The notes under the pieces are model-generated. The model worked only from the letters and a program-made list of their open reading frames with translations, was not told the DNA's origin and made no database searches. Below are positions 55,251 through 64,000 of a stretch of DNA of 64,000 nucleotides, piece after piece (position 1 is the stretch's first letter; every line of letters starts with the position of its first letter). The position numbers were made by a program, and so were the translations under genes. The stretch spans positions 1,426,001-1,490,000 of the forward strand of contig OX337237.1 of NCBI GenBank assembly GCA_946965045.2, written 5' to 3'. This DNA comes from Epithemia pelagica (Eukaryota; Protista; Bacillariophyta).

Positions 55251-55964
55251 TTACTCGATGAGGGCTATCCAATCGCGGTGACGACGGTGTTCTTCGTGTT
55301 TCTTCGAGATCGGATTCCAGATCTTGATGAAGTGATACACGGTACCGTGGCGACTGACCGTTCCTTGTAAATATGGCCTGGCTTCGGCTCCTTTCAGCTT
55401 TAAGGAGTTAAGAATCCAGACTCTTGTGCCTTTTGGTATCCAACGTGGATCACGGCCTCGCTGTGACGGAATGTTGGGGAAGATGGTTTCTGCTTCGATC
55501 TCTCCCTCTGCCGTCTCACGGATGACGTCTACCAAGGCCACTGGTTCTTGACTTTCAGTTGCACCTCTGTTGTCTTGCTCCACTTGATTGATCGTTGGTT
55601 CCGGATTGCTTTGGAAATCTGCCTCCACTTGATCGGGATATGTTGCGATGCAGGTACTTGCTCCCTTGGACTCGCGTTCCTCGGCACGCTTCAACTCCGC
55701 GAGAATTTCTTCCCGCTTTACTTGGGTATCTTCAAATATACGCTGCTTTCTCGTCTCACAATCAAAGTAATCGTTATCGCGTTCGGTCTCGCGAGCACGC
55801 TCGAGCGCTGCCACAGCCTCGCGATGTTGTACTTCTTTGCGTCTATTTTCCGCTTGGTAGCGCAACTCTACTCCCCGCAGGAAATCCTGTTCCTCGATAG
55901 CGAGGGCTGCCAGTTGACCCAATAATGTGGAGACTTTGGGGTTTTCGACTCGCTCTTCACTCAT
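55251..55964 (-). CDS. CoDi ORF1 of unknown function (coiled coil + possible SH3/KOW-like barrel)
   Basis: 237-aa ORF from ATG 55964, lying between the 5' LTR and gag. E/R-rich helical N-half; C-terminal 'WIPKGTRVWI...GTVSR...HFIKIW'. Confidence 0.75.
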   Translation of the reverse strand: MSEERVENPKVSTLLGQLAALAIEEQDFLRGVELRYQAENRRKEVQHREAVAALERARETERDNDYFDCETRKQRIFEDTQVKREEILAELKRAEERESKGASTCIATYPDQVEADFQSNPEPTINQVEQDNRGATESQEPVALVDVIRETAEGEIEAETIFPNIPSQRGRDPRWIPKGTRVWILNSLKLKGAEARPYLQGTVSRHGTVYHFIKIWNPISKKHEEHRRHRDWIALIE

Positions 55965-56025
55965 GCAGTGTACTTCACAGGAAAACGTCAAGAAATGAGG
56001 TGTTCCTGTCCTGATGAATTAGATT

Positions 56026-56113
56026 TTCAATGGAGTTTATGTTGAAACTCAAATAAACCGTGCCGTAAAAGCAACTCTTTATAGGCTTATTGATCTACGT
56101 AAACTCCATTGAA
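56026..56113 (-). promoter_or_regulatory. Putative self-priming fold-back (non-tRNA primer-binding site)
   Basis: The 14 nt just 3' of the 5' LTR (TAAACTCCATTGAA, 56039-56026) are the exact complement of LTR-internal TTCAATGGAGTTTA (56113-56100). Confidence 0.8.
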
Positions 56114-56262
56114 TGAGCTCTTGCTCAGTTTCGTTGTCATAGCGTTGCTTTTGCCACGTCGCCTAACCACAGTCCAAAGATTCGCATCTTGTCCTTCTTC
56201 CTTGTCCTGTTTGGTCGCGCCTTGGTCCTCCATGACTACCGGTTGCTCGTCTATCCTCAACA
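56040..56262 (-). repeat. 5' LTR of the CoDi element
   Basis: Direct repeat of 50078-50300. Confidence 0.97.
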
Positions 56263-56662
56263 GTACTTGCTTTGTTACTGGGGACTCTTGTAGGGCTTTC
56301 CGGCGCAACTGCCGTCTTCGTAGGTTCTTGTGAGGGAAGAGGAATGGTGTGGATATCTTGGAAGGAGGTGCAAAGGTGCTTGGGTAACGATATGACGACA
56401 ACCAGATTTGCTCCGTATTGTAGATACCCTCGACCCTCGACCCTCGACCCTCGCTCTTTTTTAGGAGTAGTTCGCGTCATTGTCTGAGATTTAGCGCCGG
56501 GCGTTCCCCAATTCTCTTTTCTTCTTTTTTTCAATAGCATTGCTTGTGTATTTCCCCGATCGCAACAGTTGTGCGAGACGATCATTTCAAGTGTTTTGTC
56601 ACTCGACTCCAGTTGTCGTCGGTGTCGTATAGTTCAACGAACACAATACAGAAACACAAACC

Positions 56663-58012
56663 ATGTCGACTTGGCGGACGGTGATTCGGAAACATGCGTT
56701 TGTTGCATTGTCGGTCGTACTGCTCGTGAATGCAATGATTCAATCCAGGCAAATCTTGTTCTCGAACTCGTCCTCCTTCCATGAAGTGGTGTGGGAAGAA
56801 ACCAAGTCGGACAGCGTCTCCTCCACCAAAATTGCGCTCTTGACCGCGTTTGTCAGTCGACAACAGCAACAAGGAGACAAGAATGCCCCTCGCATTGGGG
56901 ACCACAACCTGGGCCACATGATTAACAAGGTTTGTACGCCAACATATGGGGATACGATTTCATTTTCAAGGATACCTGGGGATTCGACGAGGACGTTCAG
57001 AATCGTTATTGGCTCGAATACGGACATTGGCATCGCGTCCCGCATTTGAATGCGGCCTTGCCCAATTATGATTGGATTCTCTACGCGGACGTGGATTGGT
57101 ATGTGCAAGATTTTACAATCCCCCTTGACAGTTTTATCAAGGATTGGGAAATGCATGGCTTTTACAATGTCTCGGTCTTTGTCCCTGTCGATTTTAATGG
57201 ATATTTTACCTTCTCCTCCTATGCCGTCTTGATCCGCAACAATGACTTTGGCCGCCGACTCTTGCACTATTGGCTGCGCTTTGCGAATGGACTGTGCGAA
57301 AAGGGTAACTTTAATTCGACGCCTGGATCGTACGAATGGGGCGATTCCGATCAGCCAGGCCTTTGGTATGCTCTCACCAAGACCCACGCCGAGTTTACAG
57401 GTCGAGAGTTTGAGGCCAAGTGCGTCGGTGGAAAAATTGTGACTAAGAATTTCATGGAACCCGAGATGAATCAATACTTTCGAAAGTACAAAGTCGGGCT
57501 CGGCAGTCAGGGCAAGGAACTCTACGACATTCCGAAAGGTCAGTGTATTGCATTGTGTTTTCGAATCGCAAAGGAGTTATCGTCTGTGGTTTATGATCGT
57601 TCGATCCGTTTGTGTATAGACTCTCAACTACCCACTTTATTATTGTTTGTCAATCGCTACCACAATTATAGACCAACCGATTCTATGGTCCAAAATCGAT
57701 CCGGACACCAAGGGAGGTCTTGGAGTTCAAAAAGCTTGGGGAGACCAGGCCAACCGTCCCTTGCCGCGCGCCTTTGCCTTTCACAAAAAGCAGGAGCTAG
57801 AAGGACAGTTCAAAGCCGACGTGGAAACCTGCCGACAGGAACGCGGTTGTTATGCATTCTACGACACGGAGGGTGTCTTTCAAATTGGGTGCAACAATAC
57901 CTTTAAGTTGCGTCGTCAGCCGCCGGCAGTCTTAAGTCTGAACGAGACAACATATTTTCTTGGTACTTCCGCAATAAGTAGAACTATGACTGAATACATT
58001 ACATTTCAATAA
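56663..58012 (+). CDS. GT34 (GMA12/MNN10-like) glycosyltransferase with one apparent frameshift
   Basis: Type II TM anchor; 'WHRVPHL...YDWILYADVD' (DxD), 'YAVLIRNNDFGRRLL', 'SDQPGLW'. A 1-nt deficit at ~56933 breaks 'INKVC-YANIWGY'. Intron ~57539-57671 (GTCAGT...TAG) joins to 'DQPILWSK'. Confidence 0.8.
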
Positions 58013-59053
58013 ATTCCAATGTTCCTCATGAATGTTCCTCTCCTTCCAAAGGAGGGTGAGATTTTCTTCAGCGTATCATACTAATATAATCTAGCTATAG
58101 TCCACAGCATGCGTCATCTCGTTGTTTGTGTTTTGTGTTGCCAATGGAATGGATTGTTCAGAAACCAACAGCATCGTTTGGAAGGCAAGGCAACCGACAG
58201 AGCCCGTCGTGTCATTTTCCAGTGGCACCATCACAATTCGCACGGGCGCAATACATACAGAGCGGAACGGCGGGACAAACAGGCGTTCATCCAGGATAAT
58301 GTGTGACTCACAATCGGCAAACCGTTCTTTCCTCCAGATCACTCTCTCATCTTTAAAAACGAGCATATGAGGTGTAAACGTTGGACAACACCGATTCACC
58401 GTGACACCGTTCTCGCGCGACTCCGACGCACCGAATCTTATGTTGAGGAACTGGAACAGGTTTGTACGGGCCACAATGATGACAAAGACTATACCTTGTC
58501 CCACTGCCAAATTCATTCCTGCATCACGTCAAGAGTGGCACCGTACCGGCCCATCCAGAATCGTCGGCTTCGTCCTGCGTCAATCAAGACCCCTGGTGTA
58601 CCGTGTGGGCCATTCGCGGGGATTATGAATCTAATCCAACGCAAATGGCCAAAACCTGTGCTCCCACCTGCCAAGCATGCATGGTCTACACCCAGAGTTA
58701 AGTGCCATCCCGTAAGGAGGATATGGAACCGGAGAACCATCACTATCGTCAACAAAGTCAATCCGAACCGCTGCACCAACTTGACGCAAACTACGACCAC
58801 AAAAGCGCTACGGATGATACAAAACCGGATAGATTCAGCACCAAGCAGCAAAATCAGTCTGAACTCAAGAAAGGACCACACGCAAACAAGAATGAGAACC
58901 GTGGTCATGACCCTAATCATACGAGACATTCCATACAGAGACAAAAAAAAACTGGGGATGGCAAGATTTCGGTCACTTCTACAATGAGGAATATCCCGAC
59001 CACTGGTTGGGCTTGTCTATTTATCGAAAAATGACTGACAATCATTGTTGAGT

Positions 59054-60496
59054 CTATTCACGAAACCACGGTTTGTTCTGAGGGTGGTTGTGAGGCAAAA
59101 TCAGGCGTTCAAACTTTTCACGCCCATACACCTTCTTGAGGTACTGCGAAAATTTTTCATTGTAGTAACCAAGCTTCGTGTCGTCCCGTTCACCATAGGG
59201 ATGATTCATATGAACCACAAAGTCATCGGGAAGTACTCGGAACTTGAAGTCCCGCAACACACATTCCACAAACCAACATGCCTTGTTGAACCCATACCCA
59301 CGATATATGGGGGAAAAGAGTGGCAAGTAGTCTTTTCGTGCAACCACATACGGTTCAAAATGTACAATTTCGTACTTCACCCTATAGAGCTTGTTTCCCG
59401 TCGATGTGTTGGTAAGAGAAAACCATTTATGGTACTTGGTTGAGAAATGGCCTCCCTTATCTTTGTGGAATCTATCCACTCGGTTTTGCTCAATGGCATG
59501 CACAAGCTCCTTCTTTGTCGAGGGTACAGTTGATACATCATTCACAGTATTGGTCCCATTTTCTGGAAACTGTTCAAAGGCTGGCAAAATGTACATGGTC
59601 TTGGCATGTCGACTCACAGGATTGTTGTTCCTGCTGTTGTTTTGGGCCTGCTGCTGCTGGTGCTCTTGGTCTTCTATGGATTTCATAATGCGTGCGATTC
59701 GATCATGTGCACCCACGCTTGGAACAAAGTCCACATCCAGCAGGAATACATAATCCGTTTGTACGTGTTTGAGGGCCAAGTTACGGAGAATGTTAATTGG
59801 ATACTGTTTCTTTTCGGTATGAGGCTCCACCATGACGTGAAATGCTACAAAACTTGTCCACGACGTACCCTCATCTAGATGTTGTTGTTGTTGCTGCTGC
59901 TCCAAAAAGTCGATAAAGGTTTCCATATCCTGTTCCGTCGACAGGTAGACGGCACAACTGACGGGTGCCCTCCATCGTTGGACAATGTCCTTGACTCGAG
60001 GCAATTTGTTAACACTGACTTGGGTAAAGACTGTAATGGTATACATCTTGTCATTGTCATTCTTGGTTGTTGATAAATGACGGTGGTCCGTGACAAAGGG
60101 TACTTCAAAGTATGGACTGTCGGTCGAGTTGTGTTCCAACACTGGAACCACGCCAAAATCGGATGAGTAATCATCCACCGAGTACTGCTGCCGCCGCCAA
60201 GTGTGGGAAGAAAATAAGGGTCGAATTCGATCTCGAACGGATTGGCTGTTCGTAAACGTTTCAACAGAACTTGTTCTTTCTTTGTCCAAAGAGGAGATAT
60301 GAATGGCGTTCGATGGAGTGGTCTTTTTGCTGGATTTCAACTCGGTGGTGGATTCCAAAACGTCTTGATCGAATCGTATTCTCTCAAAGAAAAGAACCTG
60401 CTGGTACAACACATAAAATGTCAATATACCACTACACAACAGAAACTTGGTCTGTTTCCTGGTTGGCAACACGGGAAACGACTGGACAATGGTCAT
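59054..60496 (-). CDS. GT49 glycosyltransferase (LARGE/B4GAT1 glucuronyltransferase-like)
   Basis: 'ITVFTQVS...RWRAPVSCAVY', 'YPINILRNLAL', 'VFLLDVDFVPS', 'ILPAFE', 'EPYVV', 'GYGFNK', 'FVVHMNHP'. Confidence 0.9.
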   Translation of the reverse strand: MTIVQSFPVLPTRKQTKFLLCSGILTFYVLYQQVLFFERIRFDQDVLESTTELKSSKKTTPSNAIHISSLDKERTSSVETFTNSQSVRDRIRPLFSSHTWRRQQYSVDDYSSDFGVVPVLEHNSTDSPYFEVPFVTDHRHLSTTKNDNDKMYTITVFTQVSVNKLPRVKDIVQRWRAPVSCAVYLSTEQDMETFIDFLEQQQQQQHLDEGTSWTSFVAFHVMVEPHTEKKQYPINILRNLALKHVQTDYVFLLDVDFVPSVGAHDRIARIMKSIEDQEHQQQQAQNNSRNNNPVSRHAKTMYILPAFEQFPENGTNTVNDVSTVPSTKKELVHAIEQNRVDRFHKDKGGHFSTKYHKWFSLTNTSTGNKLYRVKYEIVHFEPYVVARKDYLPLFSPIYRGYGFNKACWFVECVLRDFKFRVLPDDFVVHMNHPYGERDDTKLGYYNEKFSQYLKKVYGREKFERLILPHNHPQNKPWFRE

Positions 60497-60770
60497 GCTA
60501 CACTGCTCCTTGATGATCAGTAGAATGACACGATGCGCATGCGCCGATCGAGATCGAGGGTCACGGTTTTTTTTTGTATGAGTATTAAGGTGTGTTGTCC
60601 CGCCACAGTTTGTGGTATTGGTTGGGACTTTTCCGCTTTGCTGCTAGGAGTAGTAGGTAGCAATGAAAATAAATGGCTGCAGTGTCTAACTAATAGCTCT
60701 AGATCTAGAGGTAGATTTTAGAGAGGACCTAATACAAATACACACCACATTCTTTCGAAAGTATCCACCT

Positions 60771-61323
60771 TTCCACTCGCACGACAACACCCGGGATGGC
60801 CTGGATGTGCGCAGCAGTCTTGCCAATGGCGTCTCTCTGACCAATCTACTAGTGTCGGCTGTCGAGGCCAGTGAAAATGAGAACGATGGATTTGAACTTG
60901 GAAGTATTGTGAATGGAATTTTGGTCGACGTTACGGCCAATGGCAATGCCAACGATGGACTGGACTTGTCGACACCCAATGGCCCATCGTCCATCCAAAA
61001 GTCGACGTTTTGTAACAATGGTCTCTCTGACCAATCTACTAGTGTCGGCTGTCGAGGCCAGTGAAAATGAGAACGATGGATTTGAACTTGGAAGTATTGT
61101 GAATGGAATTTTGGTCGACGTTACGGCCAATGGCAATGCCAACGATGGACTGGACTTGTCGACACCCAATGGCCCATCGTCCATCCAAAAGTCGACGTTT
61201 TGTAACAATGGACAAGATATTGATGGTTCCCAATTTTCCGCCTTTTCGCATCAGTCCATTACATGCACTTCACAAGGCATTGGTATTGACGACATTTGCG
61301 ATTGCACTTGTCCCCCGCTTTAA
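60771..61323 (+). pseudogene. 5'-truncated right-handed beta-helix gene fragment with a frameshifting 190-bp tandem duplication
   Basis: 'HDNTRDGLD', 'ASENENDGFE', 'ANGNANDGL' beta-helix-like turns. Copies at 60832-61021 and 61022-61211. Upstream sequence is non-coding. Confidence 0.6.
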
Positions 61324-61559
61324 CATAATATGATCCCGGAGCCAGTACCATATAGTAACCAATTCCATCCCTTTCTTTGTGCACTGGCCACGTCGAACTT
61401 GTAGCACCCACACTACTAGGATGTACGGTACACATGTCGTCGTCGTCGTTGTCCCAAACGGATACCCAGTCACATCAAATCAACAACGAGAGCATGGTGA
61501 AGAATGGAAAAGGCATGAGCAATCCTCGTTGTTGTGACGTAGTGTTTTGGCCATTCCAG

Positions 61560-63119
61560 TTACTTTTCTTCATCGAAGGATTGTGGTATTCTTTGCGTTT
61601 GACATCGCCGCAATACATCTTGGATACTCGATCGATAGCTTGCAATGGAATGATTGGCAATCATGCCCTCATCCATCAGTGTCATGAAAGCAAGGGGAGG
61701 TAGGTTTCCATTCGGAGCCACGACAAATCCCACGTCGTCGTTGTTGTGGACATTGTTGTTGTCATCAGCAGGTTGCTCTTTCAAACTGTGATTGTAAAGA
61801 AAAATCACACGACCTGGTACAAAGAGACGATTGGGACTCTGTTGTTCAAGCATGCCTTGGTCCACCATGAATCGTTTCTGATGTTCCACGGATTCCTCGT
61901 GTTTCATTGGCACGCCTCCTCGAGCAAGTTGGTTCAGTAGAACAATGCTGGATTCAATGGAAGCCTCGCCCATTCCTGTTTGAATCATTGTTTGATAAAT
62001 GTCTTGCAAGGTTCCCAACGTTGTGGCGAGATTCGACAAGCTCGCTCGAGGAACAATGTCGGAATTGTTGATAATGGTTGTCACGTAGCTCGCCATGGAA
62101 TGGGCCGTGGCCAGGTCCAAAATGGGCGGACACGCAAAGGCATGGACGTGCCATTGGGTTTCTTTTTCGTTCCCCGCCCTACCACACGGCAACCGTTTGG
62201 TATGGAGCATCCAGCCCAACACTGCAGCCACGGCACCTCCCAACGAATGTCCGACCAGTTGGATTTGATAGCCCCGCGGCACGAGCGTGTCATGGACCAA
62301 GTCGCCCAATGTGTCGGCCAACTGTCGTGCCGCCAACCAAATGCCACTGTGACATGTGACCATGGTACCATCTTCCCATTGGTGCACCCTAGCCGGTCCA
62401 CACTGAACATTCGTGACCAGATCCTCCACACGAGACAATGTTGTACCCCGAATGGCAAGAATGGCGACCTTGTTGGCTTTGGAAAGGGCCACGTAATGCC
62501 CCAACGAACCCTTGCTCGTATCATGCTGGACCAAGGTAAACCCCACGTGACGCAACTTTTCCTGCAACACCTCATGGCTCTCGTAGTAGGCCCACTCGGC
62601 AAACTCCAAGAGGCGATCCAAACCTTGAATGTCGGCAAGCCTTCCCGGACGGCCCAAACAGTGGTAGAATAAAAGACGACTGTCCGTGTCCGAGTCCTCA
62701 GTAGTGTCGTCACTCTTTTGGGCCAACAGATGGGTGATCATGGCATAGGGAACGATGCCATTATACGGCGCTTGTGAGTTGTGATTGTTATTGTCTCGAT
62801 AGGATTCTTCACTACCTTTTGTATGGACGACACGACGGCGCAATGTCTGATTCAGGTTTGCGGCCCGGACACCAAGAACTGGGAGCTTGGACGCGCGCAC
62901 AGATTGCTGCTGCCTTGACAAGCCACGCTTGCGTCCCGGTGAAATACAAGGATACTGAGTCCAACAACGACAGTATTGGAAGCATTGTCGAGAGGAACCG
63001 TGTTGTGGTGACCTCGTTCCACACACGGGGGATCGAGGAGGAAAAGAGTGAAGGTCGCGAACGAAAACAAAAGACTTGAATGAAGTGCGACAAAGTCCTC
63101 TCCAGGACGACAACAGCAT
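61560..63119 (-). CDS. Class 3 lipase (DAG-lipase-like); N-terminus uncertain
   Basis: 'AILAIRGT', 'CHSGI', nucleophile 'LVGHSLGGAVA', 'AFACPP', 'NNSDIVPRAS', 'LFVPG', 'NHS'. Confidence 0.9.
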   Translation of the reverse strand: MLLSSWRGLCRTSFKSFVFVRDLHSFPPRSPVCGTRSPQHGSSRQCFQYCRCWTQYPCISPGRKRGLSRQQQSVRASKLPVLGVRAANLNQTLRRRVVHTKGSEESYRDNNNHNSQAPYNGIVPYAMITHLLAQKSDDTTEDSDTDSRLLFYHCLGRPGRLADIQGLDRLLEFAEWAYYESHEVLQEKLRHVGFTLVQHDTSKGSLGHYVALSKANKVAILAIRGTTLSRVEDLVTNVQCGPARVHQWEDGTMVTCHSGIWLAARQLADTLGDLVHDTLVPRGYQIQLVGHSLGGAVAAVLGWMLHTKRLPCGRAGNEKETQWHVHAFACPPILDLATAHSMASYVTTIINNSDIVPRASLSNLATTLGTLQDIYQTMIQTGMGEASIESSIVLLNQLARGGVPMKHEESVEHQKRFMVDQGMLEQQSPNRLFVPGRVIFLYNHSLKEQPADDNNNVHNNDDVGFVVAPNGNLPPLAFMTLMDEGMIANHSIASYRSSIQDVLRRCQTQRIPQSFDEEK

Positions 63120-63382
63120 ACGAATACGGAGAAATCAGAAGGTTGTCGATCAAGAAGAAGAAAACAAGAAGCACGAGCAACTGTTCTTCTTCTTTCTCGT
63201 GGACCAAAAGCAACAAACGAACTCGTATTACTGGTAAGGTATGGTGCTGATGGCAAGGATGAATCGTTATCACAACGACGAAAGCTGCCCCGTCGTTATC
63301 ATGGTATCTTTTTTTAGGGGGGGGGAATTCTTTTCCGATGCGATCTTCAGCGAGACAGCGAAAAAAACGCGACAGAGCATCT

Positions 63383-63449
63383 CACGCGGGTGGGCGGGCT
63401 TTTTAGTCCTGGTCCCACTAATGCGTATGTCAGAAGCTCGCCGGCGCAC
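63383..63449. repeat. Short dispersed repeat, family C copy 2
   Basis: Aligns with 44023-44094. Confidence 0.6.
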
Positions 63450-64000
63450 GACGATCGTGATGTCGACCCTATGTATCCATGGAAAATGTCCGTTGAGTCG
63501 TGATTGAATCTTTTGGATTGTCTGTCGTTATAAATATCGAGACGTGTGGCAAAAAATGAGACCACGGCAATGAGAAAATCATGGAGTTGAAAACAGGAGA
63601 GACCTCGTCATCTCTATCTAAAAGAGAACATGGAACACTCTTTGTTACCGTTGTGTCCATCCTATTGAGTGGCAGATTCACGTTCGATCTACCCAGCTAG
63701 AACCAAAAAGGCAACCTCACGTCAAGACAAACACAACTGACTGAAGCAAGAAGGACACAACTGACTGAAGCAAGAAGGAAACCGAACGTTTCAAAACTCT
63801 CGTGTTGGACAATGACAATGCCGCTATTCGCATCCTCTTCCGTGTCATGCATCCTAGCGACTGCTCTTTTCGTGATGCAACTCGTCTTGGTCGTCCGTGC
63901 GGACAATACCAACCACCTTTCTGGTCCCAGTACCAATAAAGCAAACTCGGTAGGATTGGAGTTTGGTGTCGCCCAATCCTTGGATTTGTCACTGCTTTCA

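Larger units (their letters stand above)
50078..56262 (-). mobile_element. Full-length CoDi-type Ty1/copia LTR retrotransposon with an extra upstream ORF
   Basis: 223-bp TG...CA LTRs at 50078-50300 and 56040-56262, identical by eye; TSD GTACT at 50073-50077 and 56263-56267; PPT CAAAGGAGTG at 50310-50301. Confidence 0.97.

Noticed and set aside
55251-55410. Programmed -1 frameshift from ORF1 into gag-pol
   Set aside because: The -1 frame is open, but no X-XXY-YYZ slippery heptamer was found, and a Kozak ATG follows the ORF1 stop. Not fully excluded.
56087-56401. 104-aa host-LTR fusion ORF
   Set aside because: Chance join of flanking sequence to the pol-tail frame copied in the 5' LTR; no independent support.
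58100-59034. Gene between GT34 and GT49
   Set aside because: Several short ORFs in different frames with stops; possibly a decayed gene but no family can be supported.
63731-63780. 25-bp duplication; also (CCTCGAC)x3 at ~56428 and GAC/ACA microsatellites
   Set aside because: Ordinary slippage repeats with no further structure.

Overview
Eukaryotic genomic DNA with compact genes and short GT-AG introns. It is most likely a pennate diatom (inference from a CoDi-type copia element and a diatom-style receptor cyclase N-terminus). Three apparently intact, young autonomous transposons are present: a Ty1/copia LTR element (2719-8003, TSD GAACT), a PIF/Harbinger element (18665-21816, TSD TTA) and a CoDi-type copia element (50078-56262, TSD GTACT). 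Three MITE-like elements are also present. Host genes sit mostly in 11-42 kb: retropepsin-like protease, ShK-prolyl 4-hydroxylase, NAR1, PPPPGF-repeat protein, F-box, GNAT, RING, pseudouridine synthase, bromodomain/ET and rhomboid. The 42-61 kb zone is TE-rich and decayed, with an NTPase-REase gene, methyltransferase and kinase-like pseudogenes, GT34, GT49 and a beta-helix fragment. A class-3 lipase follows. The most notable signals are: (i) the CoDi element has no tRNA PBS but a perfect 14-bp fold-back with Tf1-type self-priming geometry, plus an extra upstream ORF coupled to gag-pol; (ii) the other copia element has a 12-bp palindrome in place of a PBS; (iii) a probable 256-bp microhomology-bounded inversion inside a gene near 37.5 kb; (iv) a triplicated, hairpin-containing leader over the start codon of the Harbinger Myb-like gene. 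All identifications are from motif recognition by eye; no searches were run.
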